Shown here: piece by piece, positions 12,225-25,443 of the stretch
How the letters are laid out: the number at the start of each line of letters is the position of its first letter
Numbering within the stretch: position 1 is the stretch's first letter
Assembly: GCA_035084275.1 (NCBI GenBank)
Contig: CM068755.1
Location: 12,958,001-13,022,000, forward strand
Direction: 5' to 3'
Length of the DNA stretch: 64,000 nucleotides
From: Hydrolagus colliei
Taxonomy: Eukaryota
Position numbers and translations under genes: made by a program
Notes under the pieces: generated by a model
The model's input: the letters and a program-made list of their open reading frames with translations, nothing else
The model's database searches: none
What the model was told of the DNA's origin: nothing

Positions 12225-15034
12225 AAGAGGCAGACAAGCATTCACGTTTAATGTATAATGCGGCATTTCCCCCAGCACTGCATTGGAGAGTCAGCCTAGA
12301 AGTTCAAAGCATCAATCAAAGCATCTTGATCCTAGAACCAGAACCTAAAGAAAAATATAGAAAATAGTATAGACTAGTCAACGTGCCAAAAGTAAAAGAT
12401 GAGCGTAAGACTGTGAAGACTTTGATCAGATCCTAACTATGCGTATATGTCAATATACTCTAACCGCCTGAGCGTACCTATGTGAATCCCCAGTATAGCT
12501 GAACATTATAATTGGCCTAACCTTAAAAATCAGTTACAGGAAATTGGAACGGGTACAGTTAGTATAATGGAGGTATTAGCATCCATATTACTCTCACATG
12601 AAGGAAAAATGTCATCTCATCAGGATAGTTTGGACACTTTGCTATGTCACAGAGGTGCAATGGCAATCAACTTCATATAATATGCATGTGCAGAGCAATT
12701 AGCAAAGAATTGCGAATGGATCTGTAAATAGGATTCCTTTCTTGAACACAGTGTGGTCGGTCAAACATCCAGAGTAAAGTGTTATTCATGCCCACTCTGC
12801 AATTGTACTACAGTACCTTGTTTAACATCTTAATTAAGTTATTCACTGGGACAAATAAAGAGCCATAATTTTTTTTAAAAACTTGGATTAATAAACAACC
12901 TGTGTCGAACTACAAGAACAGATATAAATAACTCTCTTCCAAATACTCTACATAATTGTATGTTTAAATCAAGACCATGGATTACATTGTAAAATTGTCA
13001 CTGCATTTATGTTGTTTAACAGCATTTTTGGACTTGGAGATCAGACTTGTTTCACATGAATCTCAAGAAACTGAAGGCACACAGAAGTTACATGTGTTTT
13101 TATGATCCAAGTTAATTTTTGTAATAAATTTTAATATACAGAAGACTACCAACACCTAACGAACAGGAATAGAAAAAAATGCAAATTCCATACACGTTTA
13201 TGATCACAGTCCATGTAAAGCCACATGCTCAGCTTTTTAAATGCAATTCAAACATGACGTTCCTTTGTGTTTGTTCTTGTAATTTTCACTTCTATTAACA
13301 AACTCACAGAGCAATAATGTAGGCATTCATTCCATTTGCATATAAGGATTGAGCTAAGTGTACTTTCAAGGCGTTGCTGACACAAACATTAATCTTTTGA
13401 AGACATTTTGGTTTTGTTGGGAAGAAATGGCCATGTCAAGGAGTTCACTTTAAACCCTCGTTTCCTATATTTTTTATATGGCGTTGTCAATTCTATAAAA
13501 GTGTAGAGATGTGAGGGGACAAAAAATGAAAACAAAGCAGAATAATTCTAGAATACGCCTCATGGATCTGTTTAAATGAAGCAGATTGTTTATGTATCTA
13601 ACTTGGTAAATTGTACTGGACACTTGTTTATTTTGTGCTACTCAACTCTACATGCCAGAGCAAAATTAAGTATCAGTTGAGTGGAATGAAAGCAGATTTT
13701 AGGAATTTTGGATGCAGCACCCCACAATGTGGTTCAAATTGCAATATCTGTGAGCCTGTTTCAGTAAGTCACCCATAACTGCTGCTCTGTGGCTATCAGA
13801 AGCCTTTCTATTTATGATGATGTGATGGGAGGAGGAGGAGGTGGTGAATATTCTGAAAGGGTGAGAGCAGATGGGTAGAAAGGTCTTCCTCATTCAAACC
13901 AGTCATGTCAAGTTTTTACTTGTGACTTAAAAATCCAACACGTTTTAATTCTGAACGCTCTTTGGTGTGTGTTTGTAATTCGAGTGTTTCCAAAATTCAC
14001 ACATTTCAAATCAAATCTAATTGAACAGTTGTTAAATAAATGTAAAGGATTAGAGGAATTCTAAATGTGTGCATTGTACAACAAGCTTTTCAAAGGTACA
14101 ATGAGTAGGAGTTGCCATAATTAACTAAATGTTCTTCGGAAAAGTTTTGAAACTCTCAATTTGATTTGAATACCCAGGAGAGAAACTGATCTACTGAGAT
14201 GTGGTACATTGCTTCCAACTAAAATGCGATTATAGCATAATTCCATTTATTTTGAAAACCAAAAAGACTGAACTTATAAATGTTCAAATTACATAAGTTA
14301 AATACATTTTCAGAGATGTCAACAAAGAATGATTTTCAACAAAGATGTGCTTTGATTAATATAATAATTGGTATAAAGCAATCTGTATTTGTTGAGATCA
14401 CAACAACATTAGAAGCAACTCACCAGAGAATGTGCCTGCCCATTCCCGCTCTGATGACGTCAATGCACTTTTAAGTTCCTTACCAGTACAATTTAATGAA
14501 ATTAGCTCCAGATTTCCTATAAATGTACCAATATGTGTAACCTCCATGCAGATTTTCTTTATAATTTCTCCTGTTACTTTTCTCAAATCTGCTTTGAAAG
14601 TTACTGAAATCTCTGCTGATGAAAATAAGTTTGAGGTATGTTTGTCATCTTGAAATTATTTTACAACAGTAAACTAAATTCAATGGAAAATGTATGATGG
14701 ATGAGTCGTTTTGTATACTATAGTTTGGCTATGTGACTACAATTTCAAAAAATATAATCCTGTCATAAATATTTGTTGCCCTCACTTATATTAACACAAT
14801 AGTCTGTTAGGGTCCAATTAATTAAAGCATAAATTTAAACAAATGGCTAATATGTGACGATGAACAATGGATCCATTTGAGTTATACAATTTAATAAGTT
14901 TAAATTCTTGCCCATGGTATGATCTGCCAATAGATTTTAAGGTGATGCATTTATGCACTATTAGGGTGCTATAAGCTAAGTGTCTAATGGTGCCATTTAT
15001 AATTGTATAGGTGTTCTGAATTGCATAGAAAGAG

Positions 15035-15440
15035 AATTATAGAATCATACAGCAAGAATGGAAAATGCAAAATACTGCAGATGCTGGAAATCTGAAACAA
15101 AACCAGAAGTCGCTGGGAACAATCAATAGACCAGGCAGCATCTATGAAGAAAGGAAAGTGAGTCAAAGTTTTGGGTCTATGACCCTTCTTCAGGACTGGA
15201 TCCATTCTGATGAAGGGTCGTGGATCCGAAACATTGCCTCATTTTCCTTTCTCCATTCTCCATAGATGCTGCCTGACCTGCTGAGTGTTCCCAACGATTT
15301 CTGTTTTTGACAAGGCAAGCCATCCTGTCAAACTAGCCCATGTTTATATTCTGCACAAACCTCCACCCCTTCTATTCCCCTCTCCTGTTCCCTTCTCACT
15401 CATGTACGCATCAAGTTTCCACTTAAAAATATTGATGCTT
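15035..15440 (-). mobile_element. CR1-type 3' end, interrupted by the palindromic element
   Basis: ATAGAATCATACAGCA before the palindrome and CCCATGTTTATATTC...TTCCCTTCTCACTCATGTAC after it resemble an antisense chondrichthyan CR1 3' end. Confidence 0.5.
15065..15309. mobile_element. Penelope-type palindromic element carrying two hammerhead-like motifs
   Basis: Inverted arms at 15098-15193 and 15207-15309. Plus strand: CTGATGA-A-GGGTC-GTG-GATCC-GAAAC (15207-15232). Minus strand: CTGAAGA-A-GGGTC-ATA-GACCC-AAAAC (15193-15168). Confidence 0.75.
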
Positions 15441-17870
15441 TTCGCCTAATAGTTGAGGCTAATCCTCCTGATGCAAAAGGCGCTATACAAGTGTAATTTT
15501 GTTGTTGTTGTTATTGTTTTATTTAGTAATTTTGAATAGTACATTTGCGCTAACACAAGCTGAACAATTCTTTCATATCATAAGTCAGTCATTTATTAAT
15601 CAGTTTTATCATTTTTGTACTATCACGTTTTCAAAGTTCCTTCCTCCTTTTTTTAAACTTTGTTATGCCTTAATCTAGGCACCAATTTTATTGAACCTCC
15701 TGTGCCATTCTTAAGACAGCTGTTAAGGAACACATTGACTCACATATTACATGGTGTTCCATTATTTAGGACAAGTGTCTCTTCTTGGTTGAGTGGTATT
15801 GGCAAACAGGCCAGCTGAGAGTAGGAAGTCCTAGGGTGTGGGATAGCTGTGTCCCGCCTCTATGTACTGCATGCTGCCAGGAAACCAATGATCTGTATCG
15901 GAAGGCCTGGTTCATTATGCAACCATATTTCATCTCTTTTGTTAATGTGAGAAAGTTTCATTGAAGGAAGTGACCCCTTGATTTACATCTATTAGATGTC
16001 ACCCTAGGATGGTTTGTTCTAAATTCCTCCCACTCAGCCAACTTTAATGTATTTTAACGATCGCTGCTCAGTTTAATATTATCATTTCCTTTCTTTTGCT
16101 TAGATGATCCATATATTTCTGTAAATTACCATTCATCACTTTGTGGTATTCAAAGTTGGGTGGATGATATCTCTATTGATTAGCATGTCTTCTGTTTTTA
16201 TGTCTCAATGTCAAATTCTCTGAAATTGGTTTACTTCCTGAAACAGAATCATTTGGCCGCACAGTTTTATGTTACTTGCCATATATTTTGTTTGGATAAA
16301 CTGCACTTTGGACAATCACTTGTTTGCTTCAGCTGCTGCCTGTTACAAGTCCTTCGGATGTCTACTTTTATTGAATTAGCAATTAAACATGGTGTTTGCA
16401 TGTCTCACTTTTAAAGGAACATTCATTTCTGGATGTGTGTCCCAAGAGCTGGTGATTTGCTTGGGATATATTTTAATTCCATTCAGAATTATATATTTAT
16501 ATATATATACATAATTTTCTAAATGGATCTCACTCCTAATACACCCATAGAGCATAATTCCCCGCTGCTTTGCCCCACCCTCACCCCCCCACACACACAT
16601 AGTTCCATTCTAACTCAGAAAGAATAATTCCTTGTTGGTTAATGTCTTCCTTTACCCTGTGCTACAATAGGAGGTCAGCCTTCCAGTTAATACTCAGTGG
16701 GATGCACTACAATTCTGAAACTGCAGTGAGTGCAAATGATCCTGGTTTTATGAATATACTTGTAAATAACCTTTACAAAAAGCAAGGGACTCCGAGACAT
16801 CATGACAAATAGCAACAGCTCCATTGGATATGTTGTTGGCAAAACAGCTTCTGGCAGTTCAATCCTCTATGTACACTTTCCCTCCCTCTCTCACTTTCTC
16901 TCTGTCTCCATAAAATACAGAGATAAGTGCAATCTGCTACATATGAAAGGTCCCTCAGACCAAGAATACAAATGTCTTTTCTGTGGAATTTACTCTCCTA
17001 GCCCACCCGCCCTCAGAGTTCAAGAACAAGGTGCGCACATTTTAATATAAATGGAAAATGCTTCTTGTGTGTTGATGTTGTACACATTTGCACTGGAGAC
17101 TGGGGTCTAATGGGAGTTCCCTTTATAAACAAACAACAAAAAGAGAGCTTTTGTTAGCTGTCACCAGCCCCATGTTTCAGCAATAGGGGAAGGCAAAGGA
17201 TACCAAAATGTAGTTTGGAAGCTGATATAAATGGACGAATTCGCTTGCAAACGTCAAATGAAAAGATCTTCAATGTCTTCTCAGGAAGAGCCCTAAATAT
17301 TGGGGGCAGGCGGTACGGGGCAGAGGGTGGGAAGGAGAGGGTAAAAATATTAATGTTCGGGGCACGCCTTAATTCTTACTCCCTTTGTTATTACACTTGG
17401 AGACATGTATTTCCAGAGAAATGTGTATTTCCCTAAACAAAACCGGTATTGCTCTTGCCAGTTCTTAGGCATTCGTTTTGTTTGTAGAGAATGGGATCAA
17501 TCCATAATCAGTGAAACCCCATGATTTTTCATTCACAGAAAATAAAATTGCCAGCTACTGAACCTTTGTTTTCGAGGGAGCACTGGGAATGTTCCATCCC
17601 CAGACCTCAAAATAGCCAAAATTGTTCCTCACATATCTTAACTTTATCATATCCCTCCGTCTCCATTCATCACTTTGTGTTTAGCTTTGTGTGCCTTTGA
17701 TGATTTTAGCAGTTATAATGTGAAATTCTGGTTAAACTGTGATAAAGCTGAATGTAATTGTTGCGTTCTGCTACAGTGATACCACAATTTAGTGAATCCT
17801 TCATTTTAATTCAATAATAATATTTAGTATTAAATACTGAATTTCACAAGAAGTTTAGCAATAATAATAT

Positions 17871-17965
17871 AAATATACAGTTAATTCACTTTACAGTACA
17901 TTCAGTGAAGTGCTTTGAGACATCCCACGGACGTGATAAGGTTCCATATCAAATGCTAGCAATAT
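17871..17965 (+). mobile_element. SINE 3' fragment
   Basis: ACAGTTAATTCACTTTACAGTAC...GTGAAGTGCTTTGAGACATC...ATCAAATGC family tail. Confidence 0.75.
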
Positions 17966-18539
17966 TAGTATAATAATCCTTGCATGTTGCAATAGGGGCA
18001 GCATTCACTTCCAAACAACATGCTGCCTCCCTCGGTTACCTAGAATGTCCCGGTAGATAAATGATGCTTTGCACATTAGAGGAGAGTTACGTTTTGAAAG
18101 TTAACAGCAATTGGACTGCTTAAAAATGAAATGCATTTTTACTGTGAAAGGATATTAGTGTAAAAAATAAGCAGGATCTAACCTCTTTAATTTTTGGTGG
18201 CAAAAGTGTATGCTACTGGTTAGTGGAATGCTTAAGATTTATTTGTCCTTATTTTGCCTAATAGGGACCTAACTTTCAGGTCTTGCCCTTGCAGTAGGTG
18301 GTAAGGCATAATGTGAAGGAGTCTTTTGTCACAGCTATTCAGCGTTGCTAATTTACTGTATCTAATAAAGAACAAAGGAATAAAGCCTTCACTAGCAGAC
18401 GTTATAGGTTATAATAACCCCACAACCCACAACCTTCTGCTATTCGAATTAATCAGAATTTATTTTTTTAAATCCCCTATTTTTACTGTTCTCTCTTAAT
18501 TAAAGGGTCTAAGATGTAAATAGGAAGAGTGACGATGAA

Positions 18540-18965
18540 CCTAGTGGAGGGCTGTAAACAAGGCTCATTAAAAAGATGAATGGCCATGCAGATTGTTAAA
18601 ATTGCTTACTGTGCAAGTGTATATTTTATAATTTCCTGACTACTAAAAGGGCTAATGCCACACAGTCATCTCACATTTATAATAGATGGTAATTTTAAAC
18701 AGCGAAAAAGGAAAAACAGATCACGCTATTAATCAACAAGCTTAAAGGTCACTGTTTCTATCAGCCACAGCCGTTGGATGTAAAATGCTCATAAATGAGA
18801 GAAAAGAGAGAAAACAGCAAGTTTCTGTTTGGTGTAAACATGAAAGCTGAGCTTTGGCTCATCCCTTCGACGTGACATACAAAGTAAACATTAGTCATTT
18901 AATAAGCAAACTTTATTTTATTATTACTGCCTTCATTAATTAACACTGTGAACTTTTTAATTGCA
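18540..18965. promoter_or_regulatory. candidate conserved enhancer
   Basis: Repeat-free. Three forkhead-type GTAAACA sites plus CATAAA, CATTAA and TAATTAA homeodomain sites. Ends at a G-rich tract. Confidence 0.5.
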
Positions 18966-19487
18966 GAGAGAGAGGGACGGGGGACGGGTGGGGGGTGGGG
19001 GGGAGGGGCGGGGGGAAAGAAAAAATTAATGAGCTTTTCTATTCAAGAAGCCGCATGCTGATTTTATTAGTGACCTGAAGGTTAACCGTGAAGAAGACGC
19101 ACAGAGAGAGAGAAACTGGAACTGTAGCGGTTCACAATGTCCGGGATCAGAAGGTGCTGCGTCTCTGGTGCCTATTGAATTTGGGGGGCTAGGAATGTGC
19201 ACAGATCAGACGATCAGCAACACTACTTACTACTGAAGAAATGCTAGGCAAAAGAAAGTTTATTATAGCAACGTTTCTTTTATGGCTAAGCGAATTTCCA
19301 TACTATATCCTGCCGATCCCGACCCTAGCTCGGGCCCGAAATACTGACTGTCCAGCGCATTGGCACGTCATCTCGACTTGTAAAGCACTATACAAATGTA
19401 ATTTTGAGGTTGTCATTGGCAAAGCTACAATTTTTCCTTCCTCTCCAACCCCCCCACCCACAACCCCCACAGCTTACAGACAATGCT

Positions 19488-19645
19488 GTGCCCAATTTTG
19501 CGAGATCCCTTAATAGGATTTCCTAATTAAGAAATCAGAGTGAGGACTGCTTCTGAGAAATGGAAGTACATCACATTGATGCAATCACACTCACCATCAC
19601 TAACTCCTGATTTTCTTAATTAAGAGATACATCAAAATTGGGCCC
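19488..19645. mobile_element. palindromic MITE, Harbinger-like ends
   Basis: Ends GTGCCCAATTTTG (19488-19500) and CAAAATTGGGCCC (19633-19645); inner arms TAATTAAGAAATCAG and CTGATTTTCTTAATTA; no preserved target-site duplication. Confidence 0.6.
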
Positions 19646-20484
19646 ATAAGGATTTTACTTCCAATAAGAACAAATCCCCTTTTATCTCCCAACTTAAAAA
19701 AAAGTTGACATGATTCCAATTCTTTACATGTACAACATTGACCATTACGAGTGCAAACCTTCTGTTTTTAAATGAAACGTCGCTGTGGGTTGGAGTGAAG
19801 TAATTTCAAAGTCAAGTACTTATCCCTTTAACCTGTATTTGCAACCAGCTTGTATCTGTGTAAATCAATCTTGGCCTGCACCCCCAGACAGAAGCAATTG
19901 ACAGGATGATACCTAGTGTGGGTGGATGCACTCTTCTGCCATCAACCCCCGGGGGTTCATTGTGCAAAGTGTGGACAATGACATTGGGCGCTGTTTGGAT
20001 TTCCGCTTGTAATTTTGGAAGTTACAATCCATTTTGTAAACTGGCACTGGATGAGTATTTGGCAGAACTCAGCTGGGAGCGGGGGAGTTTATAAAGCAGA
20101 TTGTATCTCACAAACTGCACCTAGTAAAGAAAAGGAAGCCAATCTTCATTGTTCCCCACAGACACAGTCCCAGACAACAGTCATTGCTGATAAAAGCACA
20201 ATGCATTTGCTTCCCACTGAATTGTGGCCAGCCTACATTTTCACAGCGGCAAGTTAGTATAAGAGGTGGTTTCTCAATAAGATTGGCGAAAATGTGAGAC
20301 AGCGAATACTTAACACTGAAATGTTCTTTTTAATTAAACACTCTTATGTACTTTTGTAGCTAAAATGATTTGAAATGCCATTGGTGGATTACCATATTTT
20401 GCATCCCTCAGCCTAGTATTGTCAGTTTGTAAAAATAGCTAGAATATATTGTCTTCAGAGGAGTTATGTATTAATTATAAAACA

Positions 20485-20864
20485 AATAATAATGCTTGCA
20501 TTTGACACAACCTCCTTCACACCAGGTGAAAGTCTCAAAGCCTTCATAGGATTTTACAGTAAAGTGTAGAGATTGTATGAAAATGAGAAGTCCAATTTGC
20601 ACCCATAAACAGTCCTGAAGTGAATGACTACTTTTATCAGCACACTGCAGAAAACTCCCTTCTCCTTGAGAATTTTCGCATCCAAACAAACATATGGACC
20701 TTGCTTAAATACTTCATCCGAGGACAGCATCCCTGACAATGTACTGCAGTATTACCCCAGAACTCTGTGGAATGTTTCACTAGACTATGAGTCAGAGTTG
20801 GGGCTGAAACCAATAACTTTCTGATTGAGCAGCGAGAGTGCTAACAACTGAGCCAGGCTGACAC
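20485..20864 (-). mobile_element. near full-length tRNA-Deu SINE
   Basis: Reverse strand: head GTGTCAGCCTGGCTCAGTTGTTAGCACTCTCGC (A-box like), Deu core, tail ...AAATGCAAGCATTATTATT. Confidence 0.8.
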
Positions 20865-22683
20865 ACAACAGATTCATTCTTAATTTACAATTGCAACACT
20901 TCTGAATTATTCAACAGCTATTCTGCTTTCTTGAAAGATCACGGAAATAAGGTTCTTTAATTTCTTTATTTTTTTTAATATCCAGTCCTGAATCCTTGCA
21001 GATTTTGTGGAACTATCCGACTGTTCACAAACCCTTCCCAATTATCTATTACTTTGAATAACCGGTCTATATTTGATAGATTTTTTGTACTCATTTACAT
21101 GTTACCCAATCGGTCTTTTATTACAAAAAAAGTTATATGACCTTTACATTCTATTTGAGTGTTTCAAAGTATTATTTACCAACAAAACCAGTCTCTACAC
21201 TTGACAGTAATTATGCGAAGCACTTTAAGAACGTTTTGACCTGATAACGACGCCGTAAAACTGTAATTTATTTCTTATCAAACAAAGTAATACTAAAACC
21301 AAATATACACGCATTCATTTCAGCACACAAAAGGATTAATGAAATGTACCTGACAAGTGTTTAAAAAAAAGACAATCATTCTTTCATGTGCTGCATTAGA
21401 TTTGTTTTCAATGTTTGTCTCTACAGAACAGAGTTATTTTAAAATAAACCAGATTTGTATACTGAAACTGGTGAAACACAAATACGGACATTTCGACTGA
21501 AAAAAAATTGTATTTTACAGACAGTTTTGGTCAACGTGTATCAGTGAATATTCATGAAAGCTCAGGGAAATTATTTTTGACTTTTTAAAAACGATGTGTT
21601 CAATTCACCTTCCCAAGGCCATTTGACAGTTTTGATTCTAACTCAACAGCCTGACAAGTTGACTCTATCATTTCCTATTATTGCAGCCAGCTCTCGCCTG
21701 TATACCCAAGGCAGCCTCTCTGAACTGGAATTATACTGTTGTGAGCTATTTCACAAGGAAGTTACTTCATTTCCATCCTTTGTGTTGTGCTGAATGCAGA
21801 CGGAGTTCTTTCAGCAATACTCGACCATTTAAACTCCCATCTTCAACCTTACATAAATATACACCCATGCTCAGGCCATAATTCACGTCAGTCTTAGAAA
21901 AATAGTTATTTCCTTATTGGTTCAATTCTCTTGCAATCCCAACAGCTGCACACCCTCACCTCTGTGGTTCCTTATCTTTACGTTTCCATTTGTCCCTGTG
22001 CTCCACCAACATTCCCAATAAAAAAAACTTATTAAATTCTTATTTATGCATGTTGAAAGAGTTCACAAGTTTGATCTTGCACAGACGCAGCCCATCAACA
22101 GAGAAAACCCAGAAAGGAATTGGCTTCAATGAACAGAATGCAATTAGCTGTGATGCTTATGCTCTGAGTTCATACCGGAAACGTAAGCTGATAATAATTC
22201 CAAAAAAAACATTTAAGTAACCATAGGTCAACCCTCTGTTTATAGGAACGTGGGGCTTGGAAGGGGGGGCTTGTGTGTAGGGGGTGGGGGGCTGGAATTA
22301 TACTGTCTTGGTTTTAAGGCTGCAATTCAGAGAGAGAGAGAAAGGGGGAGAGAGAAATCCTGTAGTCAAACAACAAAATCTGAAACATGGTTTATAGGTT
22401 TCAATCAAATGTAAAAGTGATTGATGTTTAGCAAAGGAATGTACGGTTGCTTTTGGAAAAGACCAAAAAATGTTTATCTGCAGGAATCGTTCGGCTGCGT
22501 GAAAGATACTGGCAAACGCACTCACGTAGAAAAGTGGCCCCATGTTTATCAGTGATCAGTGACATTACCATCCCTTTCTGAGGGTCACAGCTTGGAAAGG
22601 GACGGTTTTCAATGGGGTGACAATTTTGAATTGTCTAATTTTATTTTGCCACATTTTGCATGTTTATAGTACATACGATATAG

Positions 22684-22910
22684 TTTACATTTATGTGGCC
22701 CCTTACATGCTGGGAGGACACCTCAAAGCGCTTAAGAATCCTACATTGGTGGAGGGGTGGGAGGGTGATGGGCAGGAGGATTGGGAGCCAAGGGTGGGGG
22801 ATGGTGGGGGAAAGATGATCAAAAGCACATTCAAAGAAGTACATTTGGAGATAGATGTGCCTTGAACAAGGGGAGGCGCCCGGATGGAATTTCAGAGAGA
22901 GGGAGAATGT
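22684..22910 (-). mobile_element. old L2 3' fragment
   Basis: Antisense tail (TTTACATTTATGTGGCCCC...GGAGGACACCTCAAAGCGC), then purine-rich sequence resembling the L2 at 55535. Confidence 0.6.
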
Positions 22911-24444
22911 TTCCTGCTTTGAAAAAACACAAGCAACAGCTCCAATCGCTTTTTAATTTTTGAATGACTGGAGTGTTTTGCCATTCTTCACTCAATAAAA
23001 TAAATCAGTGAGATCCTGAAATCTTGTTGTTGGTGGTGGGGGGGCGGTGGGGGAGGAATGGGAGGAGGAAGAGGGGGTATCTGTCATCTAATAGTCAACA
23101 GAATGAAAATGATGTGTTAACTACAAACTCCTGTAAAGCCAAGTACCATAATGAGAGGATGCCAGATGTCAACCTGCAATCTTCGTGCCAGATATTCCTT
23201 ATGATGTCTTTATGGATTTGGAGCTTATTAACAGTGCTATACAAAGCTGTCAGTGTTTAAGATAGTGGCCTGGGATGACTTTCCACTGTAGGTTCATATC
23301 TCCTACCCTTACCCTCTGCCCTTCGTGTCGCTTTTTAAAGGAGGGATTAACAAAATAGCAGTAGCAGTGACCGCAGATTGATTGTGGTTTCCTTAAGCTA
23401 TTAGGGATAGGAAGGAACACGATCCTGTGTGGTTGTTTGTCTGGTAACAGTCTATATTCAAGACCACAGTACCAGCACTAGCTCAATATGACACTGCATT
23501 CAAAGAAAACCCGTACAATGTACAATGCCACACTGAGGTACAGTGATAAACGGTGACATGCCAAACCCAGGACAACTGTGATTCTTTTCCTAATCCTATT
23601 TGCTTTTCATTAGGTCAGTGTCGGAATTAGATATTCATTATTGTTCATTAATTATGAATGATTTGTGATCTATGATCTATTATTAGTCAATTATCAGTTG
23701 CCATTACAATTTACTTTCCTCGAACATAAGAACCTAAATAATATATCATGTAATTACCACTGTATATGTAATTAGCACAAGCAAAAATAGATAGGAAAGT
23801 CCTAAGAATTCTATTGCTTTAGAGCAATAGAGGTGCACATCATTTGACTCCAGTATAATTCACAGGATAACTACATACCTTCTTCAAATTCATAAATTGA
23901 CACTGTCCCTGAAACTGCTGAGTTATTCCTCCTTGGAAAGTTTTCCATTAATTGACGCTATTCTGTTCTAAATGATAATATCCTGTATTATTAGAGGAAC
24001 AGTCCACTTTCACTGAACCACTCGCTGACCTGCATTCCTGTCTGGGAAATATATTACACTCCCAGCCACTGAGAGCAGATGCCCATTAAGAAAATAGAAC
24101 TAATGATATCAAACTACTTCACAGCTTGTTGTGAGAGCTGACAAAGCTGTCATCCACATAATCTAAGAGGCTATCGTAGCATCCTCAGAAAGCCATACCA
24201 CTATGCCATTTCAGTCCAATTTCCTAATAATGGACCTGTCATAAATTCTAAAAGGCAACAGGACAGTGAGTACTGGTGTAATTGCAAGGGCTTGGCTACT
24301 ACCATGAAGACATGATAAATATAAAAGCAAATGGTTGTCACTCTGGGCCCAGACCCTATTACATAGTGGTAATTTTAGTAGCCTCAGCACCCTACATCAT
24401 CCTCTTGTTGTGAAGTGATGCCTTTTTTATTTGCTGCAAGATTG

Positions 24445-24730
24445 AGTTACGTGTCATCTGATGTCCTTTAAAAAGACATTGTTTGCCCCCGTAAGAGTTT
24501 TTTTAAACTTTATTCTGCGAGGCCGACTGAGCAGCGCGACCTCCTTGCTTGGCTGTTTAACGATCAGTTCACGAGAACCGTTCCGACCCTCAGCAAAATC
24601 GCTTGCTGCATTTTTGAGCCCTATCGGGAAGCGAGCTTTTATCCAAATTGAAAATAAAAAGCGAGACAAAAGACAGGGTTCACATTTTCCTTTCGATTAA
24701 ATGTCCGAGAGGTAAAATAATGTATTGTTA
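24445..24730. promoter_or_regulatory. candidate conserved non-coding element (CpG-retaining)
   Basis: Many CpGs in a CpG-poor window, with no similarity to the local repeats; the overlapping ORFs are unrecognisable. Confidence 0.45.
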
Positions 24731-25149
24731 GACACAAACAGTAAAAGGTCCACTGATATGGATATCGTGGAATCCTTGCCTGTGAGATATTAGAGACCTG
24801 ATGGCTCATGACCTTTCACCAGCACCGTTCTGAGTGTGTTGTGTAAAATAAATCCATTTGATATGGTGACCTTACATTCGGAGGACGTCTCAAAGTGCTT
24901 GATAGGAATGACTGTAAAGTGCAGTGTCTGTACTTTGCTGGTGCAATTAGGTTAGCTGGTGAGCAGCGTATATTTCACAAGCAACAGAAAACCTATTTTT
25001 AAAGCTTTGAACACTGTGCTTTATTTCACAACACAACAACTTGCATTTACGTAGCACCACTCATACAGAGTAACGTCTCGTAGCACTTTACAGATGTGGG
25101 GTCAGAGGGCCAGTAAGGGAGAGAGGGCGAGTGGGGGAAACTTAACACT

Positions 25150-25443
25150 GTGGAGTGATTGGAGCACTCGCCTTGCAGGTGAGAGACCTGGGTTCAATTT
25201 CCAGCAGAGCGAAACCCTGGGCAAGTTTCCTTACTCCACAAGCCTGTAAATATTCCCTCAAAAAAAATTGGTCATTTCAATCCACGACTGTTTGTGGGAC
25301 ACTGCTGTGCGCAATTGGCTGCTGTGTTTCGCACACATATGTACAGTCAATTTAGTTTACAGTCAGTATATTCTGTGAAGCGCTTTGAGACGTCTAGAAG
25401 ATGTGAAAAGTGCTCTATCAAATGCAAGAATTATTATTATTAG
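25150..25443 (+). mobile_element. full-length tRNA(Ala-like)-derived SINE
   Basis: Anticodon arm CTCGC-CTTGCAG-GTGAG, B-box GGTTCAATT, shared body, tail TGTGAAGCGCTTTGAGACGTC...(TTA)n. Confidence 0.9.
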
